Shown piece after piece: positions 23,600 through 31,034 of a stretch of DNA of 32,000 nucleotides (positions are counted from its first letter, which is position 1; each line of letters begins with the position of its first letter). Origin of the DNA: Candidatus Poseidoniaceae archaeon (GTDB lineage Archaea > Thermoplasmatota > Poseidoniia > Poseidoniales > Poseidoniaceae); the NCBI GenBank assembly GCA_943789275.1, contig CALSTM010000001.1, positions 420,001 to 452,000 on the forward strand, read 5' to 3'. Under the pieces are notes generated by a model. It worked only from the letters and a program-made list of their open reading frames with translations, did not search any database and was not told the DNA's origin. The position numbers and the translations under genes are program-made.

Positions 23600-24736
23600 A
23601 TGTCGAGGACACAACGCATCTACATGGCGAGGCAGAACCGCAAGTTTACACCGCGTCAAAGAACGACCCGCCCTCTTGGGTCTCCACTGACCACGAATCT
23701 ACCTCCAGCTCAACCCCTTGCACCCCCGTACCAGAAAGATGGTGAATGGTATATTGAGCCACCATTATCATCGAGACTGTATCAAAAAAGTGCCATTGGG
23801 TACATGCAGTCGGATGAAAGCATACGCGTTTCGACTGAAGAGATTCTGTTTTGTCACTGGCATCGTCATCTCCCTCTACCCTCTGATTCCTGGTTTGAAG
23901 AAGCAGTTGAGAAGGACCCCAATGTCATCGCCCGCAGTATTCTTTTCGATACCGCCCGAAGCGGTGGTGAATTACTGATTCCAGCACAGAATATTCCAAG
24001 CAAGTGGAATATTGAAATTCCTTCAGCAACATGGGCCTTACGGTGGAACCGTGAGCAAATTTTCTCAAAGGAAATGCCAGTTGCACATGTTCGTTGGGCT
24101 TGGACTACAGATGAAATTGACTGGATGGAAATGGTCGAATGGACATCATGGGTCCACGAACAAGGAATGTTGGCAGAATTTTTGGTCATCGATGAGGAAA
24201 TGGATGTCACCATGTACCTGCTGTCGCAGGTAGAACCAAGTGGCCATCAGCAACTTTGGGCCTCCTTTTCGAACTCTGAACGTGTTCAAATTGCAGACTT
24301 GTGGGGGACTCGAATTGCCCGAGGTGATGGATGGTACATTCCAAATGCTACCAATTGGCATTGGGACTCAATCGGTGTCGAACATCTGTCCGGCCGACAC
24401 CTTCGTCATGAAGAAGGTCAACTTGTCCAAGCCTCAATTGACGAAAATCAGTTGGATTCCAATTTTGATTTGTATACTGACCTGGTAGGACGTGGTGTAC
24501 TATTGCGCCCCGGATTCAAGTACGGTAGTCGATGGAGAGTGTACGAAACCCCGGTAGGAAACGCCCACGCTCCATGGCTCATTCAACCTCATGAAGACGC
24601 GCCTCGAACATGGGAGGCCGCTTGTTTGGCAGTCCGTCTTTCCGAAGGAGTTCACAAAATGTGGCTTTGTGCTTTACCTTTCCATGACCGCTGGTTCTAC
24701 CTTCACATGCAACGATGGTTACCGGGTCGTAATTGA
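23600..24736 (+). CDS. endA: tRNA-splicing endonuclease, tandem two-unit (homodimer-type) form
   Basis: 378 aa. The C-terminal unit has the catalytic Y/H/K pattern: GFKYGSRWRVYE, NAHAPWLIQ, GVHKMWLCAL. The N-terminal half is a degenerate second unit. Basic Pro/Arg-rich N-terminal tail. The alternative start is ATG 23624. Confidence 0.85.
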   Translation: MSRTQRIYMARQNRKFTPRQRTTRPLGSPLTTNLPPAQPLAPPYQKDGEWYIEPPLSSRLYQKSAIGYMQSDESIRVSTEEILFCHWHRHLPLPSDSWFEEAVEKDPNVIARSILFDTARSGGELLIPAQNIPSKWNIEIPSATWALRWNREQIFSKEMPVAHVRWAWTTDEIDWMEMVEWTSWVHEQGMLAEFLVIDEEMDVTMYLLSQVEPSGHQQLWASFSNSERVQIADLWGTRIARGDGWYIPNATNWHWDSIGVEHLSGRHLRHEEGQLVQASIDENQLDSNFDLYTDLVGRGVLLRPGFKYGSRWRVYETPVGNAHAPWLIQPHEDAPRTWEAACLAVRLSEGVHKMWLCALPFHDRWFYLHMQRWLPGRN

Positions 24737-26845
24737 CTAACTTGGGTCGAGTTCTCGACCCCAAGCGTCGATTTCTTTTGATTCAGCGTTCTCGACGAGG
24801 TTGAATGGACCGGCCGTGGAATGAGATTCTTCTTTCTTGGGCTTTCGGTTGATGTCAACCATTCCTAACAGAACCCATATTGCGCAAATCAGTCCAGCTA
24901 ATCCGAGTAGACGACCGGGCGTTCTCCACTCATCGAACGTATTTATTTCACCGTCAATTGCAGAATATTCAAGTTGTATGCTCCAACGATGACCACTCTG
25001 AGAGATCAGGACAACTTGCCCATCGACCGACATCCTGTTCTGTAAGAGGCCATTGGGGTCAATTTGTACTTCGAGGCTATCGTTGCCGGTGAGAACAATT
25101 CTATTTTCAACTTCCCCAATTCGAGACATTGGTCCATCCAATTCTACAGTAAAGGATTGTTCAGAATTACCAAGTGAATCAATGGGGATTTCTATGGTCG
25201 ATGAACCATAGGCCTGAAGTGTGCCAGTTTCAGTGATTTCTACAGGGATGCGCCCCAGCGTCAAAATCTGTGTATTGATATGGATTGTATCGTTTCCGCA
25301 ACTGAATGTTCCTTGGATTACTGCCTCTGCATTTGCTGTCCCTGGTGTTGAGAACTGCAACTGGACGACATTCTCTCCCTCGTTAACCAGCAATTCTTGT
25401 TGGATGAAAGTGCGCCCGTCAGATACGGTTAGGTTGTGGGCAAATTGGCATGGTTCGATTACTGAAACGAGAAGTTCAAAAGGCTGTTGTGGTAGAAGTA
25501 CACCACCAAAGTCTGGAGCGTCGATGGTGAACTGCGACGTGCATTTTGGAGCGTTAAAATGGACGGTTACCGTGATGTTGATTTCAACTGTTGCCACCCA
25601 CGGCACAAGAATTCCATCGTGATTGTAAATGAGGATACCTTCTGCCCCGAATGTGCTACCGTTCTGAAACAGATCAGATTCTTCTCCTGAATTGACACCC
25701 CTCCGCAAATCTGTTCGACCATCTGCTTCGATGACCGTAAGCCATGGCTGGTCGGGGTCCCTGTTGAGTTCATTTTGCTCTTCATCACCTACGCTTCTGT
25801 CTTGATAGGTCACCAGTACTCCTGAACCGGGGAGATGTTGGTCAAATCCATAATTCGACCTGTATTCGATCCATACGAATTCTTCCGCAGAAAGCGGTAC
25901 TTTGAGTGAAGAGCCGTTTTCGCTCATTCCTTTCATATCCACACTTGGGCCAATGCAAGGTGCTTGCGCTGTTTCTGGCCAATTCAAATCCATGGTCTGT
26001 GAACGGTTTGCGCCAAGCAGTTCGAGAGATGCAGAGGTCGGAAGCGCAGGCCAATTCCCACCTCCGTTCCAATTACCACTTGCCATAATATCCCAATCAC
26101 CCACACCTTGCCAGTCGTTTAATCGGCTTGAATCATGTACGGGATAAAGATCCATAGCACCCATTTGATGCATCATTTCATGCAATATTGTCCCCATCCC
26201 ACTTGAGCCTGTCTTAATGCTGGCCATCGTGTAATGGGCAACATCAACACCGCTTTCCACTTGGATGGCTGTATCAAAGCGGGTGAAATGGCTCCAAATC
26301 TTACTCGTTTGGCCAGGGTTTTCTTCTTGCCCCTTTGTTGTATGGAGTATAAGCAACCGGTCGACTACTCCATTTCCATTCAGGTCGTATTCATCCCAGT
26401 CTGCATAGGTCATGTGATCAAGGACTGCTTCTTCAGCCAATTTCATCGGTAAAAATTCACCTTTTTGGTTCGTATCTCGATTACCATTTGTGTCACTTCC
26501 ATAGTCTGCAAGCGTCCCTGAAGCACGCGTCACTCTGGTACTCACATCAATGTGAATCTCTGTTGTAGAGCCCGATAATTGGAATAAATATTCGCGAGCC
26601 ACATCATTGAGCAGTAAATCCGCTTGGATTGGACCAGAGGCTTCGTTTGCAGGAGATTCATCAAAATCAACGACAAGTACAAGCCATCGTTCTTGCTCTT
26701 GTAACTGCAACAAAGGGACGTCTTGTTCTTGTATTGTAATCGCATTATCGCTCACCCATTGTTCAACTGTGTCGTTGTTCATGAACGACCAAGAACTTGC
26801 AAGTAGAAGTGCAACGAGGATTGGCACACCAAACCTCGGACTCAT
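24737..26845 (-). CDS. M6 (immune inhibitor A-like) zinc metalloprotease, secreted with a C-terminal TM anchor
   Basis: HEMMHQMGAMDLYP matches the M6 HExxHxxGxPDLY signature. The ORF opens at TTG 26875, but ATG 26845 gives the signal peptide MSPRFGVPILVALLLASSWSF. The C-terminus has beta-rich Ig-like segments and the TM LLGLAGLICAIWVLLGMV. Confidence 0.8.
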   Translation of the reverse strand: MSPRFGVPILVALLLASSWSFMNNDTVEQWVSDNAITIQEQDVPLLQLQEQERWLVLVVDFDESPANEASGPIQADLLLNDVAREYLFQLSGSTTEIHIDVSTRVTRASGTLADYGSDTNGNRDTNQKGEFLPMKLAEEAVLDHMTYADWDEYDLNGNGVVDRLLILHTTKGQEENPGQTSKIWSHFTRFDTAIQVESGVDVAHYTMASIKTGSSGMGTILHEMMHQMGAMDLYPVHDSSRLNDWQGVGDWDIMASGNWNGGGNWPALPTSASLELLGANRSQTMDLNWPETAQAPCIGPSVDMKGMSENGSSLKVPLSAEEFVWIEYRSNYGFDQHLPGSGVLVTYQDRSVGDEEQNELNRDPDQPWLTVIEADGRTDLRRGVNSGEESDLFQNGSTFGAEGILIYNHDGILVPWVATVEINITVTVHFNAPKCTSQFTIDAPDFGGVLLPQQPFELLVSVIEPCQFAHNLTVSDGRTFIQQELLVNEGENVVQLQFSTPGTANAEAVIQGTFSCGNDTIHINTQILTLGRIPVEITETGTLQAYGSSTIEIPIDSLGNSEQSFTVELDGPMSRIGEVENRIVLTGNDSLEVQIDPNGLLQNRMSVDGQVVLISQSGHRWSIQLEYSAIDGEINTFDEWRTPGRLLGLAGLICAIWVLLGMVDINRKPKKEESHSTAGPFNLVENAESKEIDAWGRELDPS

Positions 26846-26884
26846 GCTTAATCGCAGAAGGACAAAGGGTTTCAATGCTTGGCT

Positions 26885-28210
26885 TTACTGATGCAGTAAC
26901 AGTTGGGTTGTCATTGGTAAATTTTCAAGTGAATCTCTTACTTGATTTCCAGTGAATGGGTCCAAATGGATGAGCAGTTGGTGAGGCTCTAATTGCATCC
27001 CCCAAGTGTCCTCTTTACGACGTGTGTCAATGAGAAGTTCTATTCCTTTTAGGTCCTTCAAGGACTCGTGTATTCTGCCAGGTATGCCGTGTTTGGACCA
27101 AGGGTCCTCTATGCTCATCACTTTCAATTCAAATTCTGTAATCTCAAACGGTGAAGGTAATGTTCGGTAGGATTGGTGCTCCAACATGTCCATTCCTCGA
27201 AGTTTACAGCCAAGCGTTCTGCAATTTTGTTTGAATCCGTCCGGCAACGGTTCAGACGAACATCCGCTAATGAGGACATCAGTGAGGCGATGGCTGAGAA
27301 TTTTTTCCAGTACACTCTCCTGTTGTTGTACCGAATGGCACAGATTGGTAATACGCTGAATTGCAATTGGTGAATGAGCACCGTTCGGTATAGGGTTTCC
27401 AGCTCCGTTGCAGGTGCAGTCGACCAGTAGCATGTTCCGCATTCCACCCTCAGCATCCATAATCGGATTTTTCCCACTGAACATGGGTGGTTCAGCCAGT
27501 AACCATCGACGGCTACCGCGTTCGATGAGTGCGATTGCAGAGGTGGTTAAGATCAATGCAAATCCACCGTATTCGGGCAATGATGCAAGCAAGAGCAGCA
27601 ATACGATTCCGTATACTCGCAGTCTCCACCAGTCTGCAGTTTCTCGGTTGAGCATCCCCAAGCAACCGGCAAGTACCATAGCACTGAGCGCACATGCTAC
27701 AATGACCTGTGCCCATACAACTGCTACCGTCATCGATAGCATGTGGACTGCATCGTACCGTGCATCCAGTTGCATGGATTCGTGGGTTTGGTGACCGGTT
27801 TCAAACAGAAAAGGAAACAGGAACCCCACCGTTGTTAGTACTGCCAGAACAAGCGTAATGCTACCGCCAAGAAACCACGATTTAACCCATTGCTGTTCAG
27901 TTGGTAGAAGTCCTGGCCGAGCGAATTTCCAGCCGTTATAAAATGCCAATGGCGCCGCTGTCGCAACACCCAATATTGCAGAACTCATCCACCGAACTGC
28001 ACTCCATCGGGCTGGGTCATAGAGGTTGAGGCAACCATCATCACACGGATTCAAACGGCTTAGCAGCACATCTAATATTTGGTCGATTTGCGTTAGCCAT
28101 CCCAATGTGAAAACGGTCGCTAAAAAGAAAACAAGAGTTGTCCGAGAAGTAAGTTCATTCAAGTGCTCTTGAATATGTCTCTCTTGGTCCAATTCGAGTT
28201 GCAGAGACAT
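26885..28210 (-). CDS. tatC: TatC-like twin-arginine translocase subunit with a 210-aa C-terminal extension
   Basis: aa 1-231 are colinear with E. coli TatC as I recall it: QEHLNELTSR (HLIELRKR), APLAFYNGWKFARPGLLPTEQQ ([22 protein letters not shown]), six hydrophobic segments, and LLLASLPEYGG at the TPPD position. aa 232-441 have no TatC counterpart. Confidence 0.7.
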   Translation of the reverse strand: MSLQLELDQERHIQEHLNELTSRTTLVFFLATVFTLGWLTQIDQILDVLLSRLNPCDDGCLNLYDPARWSAVRWMSSAILGVATAAPLAFYNGWKFARPGLLPTEQQWVKSWFLGGSITLVLAVLTTVGFLFPFLFETGHQTHESMQLDARYDAVHMLSMTVAVVWAQVIVACALSAMVLAGCLGMLNRETADWWRLRVYGIVLLLLLASLPEYGGFALILTTSAIALIERGSRRWLLAEPPMFSGKNPIMDAEGGMRNMLLVDCTCNGAGNPIPNGAHSPIAIQRITNLCHSVQQQESVLEKILSHRLTDVLISGCSSEPLPDGFKQNCRTLGCKLRGMDMLEHQSYRTLPSPFEITEFELKVMSIEDPWSKHGIPGRIHESLKDLKGIELLIDTRRKEDTWGMQLEPHQLLIHLDPFTGNQVRDSLENLPMTTQLLLHQ

Positions 28211-28245
28211 AGGATTCCCTCAGTTCCTTTGGAGGAGTAGGAGAT

Positions 28246-29202
28246 TCACACGAGGTCTTTGGACTGTGCCGGAGCGCGTGCTTGAACAATGGTTCTGTAC
28301 ACGCCAAAAAATGCCCATAGTGTGAGCATAGCCATACTGAGCAGTACTTCCCAAGATTGGTCGTTGTCAACCGTCCATGCGAACCCGATGAGCAGCACTG
28401 CGAAAACAGCACTGCGACGAACGCCTTGAGGTATAGCAAGACTCTTATCGAGGTGTTCAGGTCCTCCTCCAAACTTGCGTTCGTAGAATTCACCTTGTAT
28501 AACAGCTGCAACAATAATAATTGAAAGAGAGAAAAAGTAGTAGATGTTTCCTTCGTCAAAGAACAGGGTTGCGAGTTCTTCTTGTCGTTCTGCTTCCACC
28601 GCTTCAGGGTCTTCTACAGCAACAAACAGAGATTCGTAATCACCGACGCTAATGGTGCGGAGTGCGAGGTTTTCGTCGTTGTCATTGGTTGCTGTATCTG
28701 GAGGGCTGATGGAAAAGGATACAATATTCCACGTATCTCCTGCATCGAAGTTTCCATTTCCATTGACCGCATTACCTACGAGTTGGAATGGAATGATTCC
28801 TACATCTGAACTCGGTGCAGTCCACGTGACTACCCAATCGTTTCCAACAGCGGATTGTGAGAGTGCGCCTGGTTCTTCAGCAACCGATTGTGAACCTTCA
28901 CCGGGCGTAAGTGCACCGTTGTTGTAATCCCAAAGCATGAATCCTCCCAGTTCGTTGGATGCATGTTGAAGTGAAATTGTAAATTCATACGATTGGTCAA
29001 GAGTGTATGCTCGTGGGACGCCAGAAATTGAAACGACCACTTCGCTGGAAGCAGCACCATCGCCGTGACACGTACATCCCACTTCGACGGTGAGGTTATC
29101 TCCACTCTTCCAAGGAGGCCCTCCTGGCATGGCGAGAGCGGGTGCAATCAAGAGCAGTCCAATCAATCCAAGTATCAAGAATCGAGAGTTGCGTGATAGC
29201 AT
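28246..29202 (-). CDS. secreted/membrane protein with a reeler/DOMON-like beta-sandwich and 3 C-terminal TM segments
   Basis: The ORF opens at GTG 29226. ATG 29202 is preceded by AGGTGG-N4 and gives the signal peptide MLSRNSRFLILGLIGLLLIAPALA. The pattern C.CHG...(30 aa)...GGFMLW...WVVTWTAP....G.IPFQLVGNAV resembles the reeler-domain pattern. The family call is tentative. Confidence 0.5.
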   Translation of the reverse strand: MLSRNSRFLILGLIGLLLIAPALAMPGGPPWKSGDNLTVEVGCTCHGDGAASSEVVVSISGVPRAYTLDQSYEFTISLQHASNELGGFMLWDYNNGALTPGEGSQSVAEEPGALSQSAVGNDWVVTWTAPSSDVGIIPFQLVGNAVNGNGNFDAGDTWNIVSFSISPPDTATNDNDENLALRTISVGDYESLFVAVEDPEAVEAERQEELATLFFDEGNIYYFFSLSIIIVAAVIQGEFYERKFGGGPEHLDKSLAIPQGVRRSAVFAVLLIGFAWTVDNDQSWEVLLSMAMLTLWAFFGVYRTIVQARAPAQSKDLV

Positions 29203-29255
29203 GGTCCCACCTGTTGCTTTCGACACACCGCCGCCCTTTGAACGTTCCTTTTCAC

Positions 29256-29274
29256 CATGCCCCTAAGGGGCATG
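29256..29274. repeat. perfect 19-nt palindrome CATGCCCCT-A-AGGGGCATG
   Basis: Read directly: 9 bp on each arm around a central A. Lies 22 nt below the pntB stop (29297) and 54 nt upstream of ATG 29202. Candidate terminator hairpin or operator; function unknown. Confidence 0.6.
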
Positions 29275-29296
29275 AATTGAACCGATATCAATCACT

Positions 29297-30721
29297 TCAA
29301 ATTTCTTTTACTGCAGTGTTCAAATCGCCCATCATAGCCTTACCGTCGCCGAAGAGCATCATGGTCTTGTCCATGTAAAACAGGTCGTTATCGACTCCTG
29401 CGTAACCAACGGAGAGTGAACGCTTGATGATCACTACAGTACGTGCCTTGTCTGCATCGATGATTGGCATTCCTGCCAAAGGTCCTTCTCCACTTCGGGC
29501 GGCAGGATTGGTAGTGTCGTTCGCACCAATCACGAGGGCGACATCACATTCTGGGAATTCACTGTTGATTTCATCCATTTCAATGAGTTGCTCGTACGGT
29601 ACATTCGCTTCAGCCAGTAGGACGTTCATGTGCCCCGGCATTCGCCCTGCTACGGGGTGAATGGCGTATTTGATTTCCGTGTCGAATTTCTCTTCCATGA
29701 GGTTTGCAAACTCTTTGACAGCGTGCTGGCATTGGGATACGGCCATTCCGTAACCCGGGACGATGATGACTTTCTGAGCACCATCGAGCATCATGGCAAC
29801 TTCATCTGCATCGGAGCCAATCTTGGTGCGTGTGAGTGACTGCTTCTCACCATCACCGCCAAATGACTTGAACAATACATCGATGAGTTTTCGATTCATT
29901 GCCTTGCACATGATGAAGGTCAGGATGAGCCCGGAAGCCCCGACCAATGAACCAGCGATAATGAGCACCGAATTGCCGATGATAAATCCAGTGAAAGCAG
30001 CTGCAATTCCTGAAAGAGAATTGAGCAACGAAACGACCACCGGCATATCTGCTCCTCCAATCGGGAGAACAAGTATGATGCCGAGGATACATGAAATACC
30101 AATGATTCCCCAAAGGTATTGCTCGTTGGTTGGGTCATCGATGCTTGCAACGATGAGTGCGATGACTGCAAGGAACAAGAGTACCTTGACTGGATTGAGC
30201 CATGTTGGACCCCACGTAGGCGTGCGAATCCATTTTCCAAAGACTTCGATTCCACCTTTGAGTTTGTACATTGCGAGTAAAGAACCCGTTAAGGTCATCC
30301 ATCCAACGAGTGCAGACAAGCCAGCAGCGATCATAGTGACGGTAATTTCAAGTCCAGTTGGAACGATATTAGGCTCGGCAATGTACTTTTGAATTTCTGA
30401 GAGAGCAACAAGGGCAGATGCTGCACCGCCAAAACCGTTGAACAATGCAACCAGTTCCGGCATCCCGGTCATCTCGACCTTGACAGCCATCCAATAACCA
30501 ATCAGTGACCCAAGTACAAGTCCACCAGCGATGAGTGTCCAGTCAACAACCCCATCACCCGTGAGTTGCATTTGCGCAACGGTCGTGATGACAGCAACGA
30601 GCATACCCATGGCGCCGAGTTGATTACCAAACGGTGCAGTCTTGGGGTGTCCGAGCTTTTTCAGTCCAAAAATGAACAGTGCTGCGGAAATCAAATATCC
30701 AACAGAGACCCAATCTTCCAT
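29297..30721 (-). CDS. pntB: NAD(P) transhydrogenase subunit beta
   Basis: Position 30751 is TTG. ATG 30721 (MEDWVSVGYLISAALFIFGLK, matching the PntB N-terminus pattern) follows GGAGGTG-N6. The C-terminal NADP(H) domain has VIIVPGYGMAVSQCQH, IHPVAGRMPGHMNVLLAEA and VIGANDTTNPAA. Confidence 0.93.
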   Translation of the reverse strand: MEDWVSVGYLISAALFIFGLKKLGHPKTAPFGNQLGAMGMLVAVITTVAQMQLTGDGVVDWTLIAGGLVLGSLIGYWMAVKVEMTGMPELVALFNGFGGAASALVALSEIQKYIAEPNIVPTGLEITVTMIAAGLSALVGWMTLTGSLLAMYKLKGGIEVFGKWIRTPTWGPTWLNPVKVLLFLAVIALIVASIDDPTNEQYLWGIIGISCILGIILVLPIGGADMPVVVSLLNSLSGIAAAFTGFIIGNSVLIIAGSLVGASGLILTFIMCKAMNRKLIDVLFKSFGGDGEKQSLTRTKIGSDADEVAMMLDGAQKVIIVPGYGMAVSQCQHAVKEFANLMEEKFDTEIKYAIHPVAGRMPGHMNVLLAEANVPYEQLIEMDEINSEFPECDVALVIGANDTTNPAARSGEGPLAGMPIIDADKARTVVIIKRSLSVGYAGVDNDLFYMDKTMMLFGDGKAMMGDLNTAVKEI

Positions 30722-30722
30722 T

Positions 30723-31034
30723 TCAAGCACCTCCGCGCTTCTTTCCAGCAATCATGTTGAGCATCCTGTTGGTGACGGCAAATCCACCGACAACATTGAT
30801 CATCGCAAGGACGATTGCGACAAACGCAAGTAGTCCCGAAAGAGCAGTTGCTCCGCCATCGAACGCAACATTTGAACCAAACAATGCGCCAATAATACTG
30901 ATACCAGAAATAGCATTTGCACCGCTCATTAGAGGCGTGTGCAATGTTGCTGGAACCTTTGTAATCAATTCGAATCCGAGGAAAATAGCGAGTATAAACA
31001 GTGTAACGTTTCCAATTAAGAATGCGGGCTCCAT
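30723..31034 (-). CDS. pntAB: NAD(P) transhydrogenase subunit alpha part 2 (membrane)
   Basis: 103 aa. FLGFELITKVPATLHTPLMSGANAISGISIIGAL is the conserved PntA membrane motif. The ATG overlaps the pntAA stop (ATGA), with GGAGGTG 7 nt upstream. Confidence 0.9.
   Translation of the reverse strand: MEPAFLIGNVTLFILAIFLGFELITKVPATLHTPLMSGANAISGISIIGALFGSNVAFDGGATALSGLLAFVAIVLAMINVVGGFAVTNRMLNMIAGKKRGGA

Noticed and set aside
23600-23612. Head-to-head overlap of the start codons of endA and the regulator
   Set aside because: The minus-strand start at 23612 is a GTG with no SD. ATG 23573 is the more likely start, which removes the overlap. The remaining short gap is reported as a finding.
29065-29076. 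C-T-C-H considered as a c-type heme-binding site
   Set aside because: The heme c motif is CxxCH, and this is CxCH. The spacing is wrong.
29170-29196. Possible twin-arginine signal (SRNSRFLIL) in the protein encoded next to tatC
   Set aside because: The two arginines are separated by Asn-Ser, so this is not a canonical S/T-R-R-x-F-L-K motif. It cannot be called a Tat substrate from sequence.
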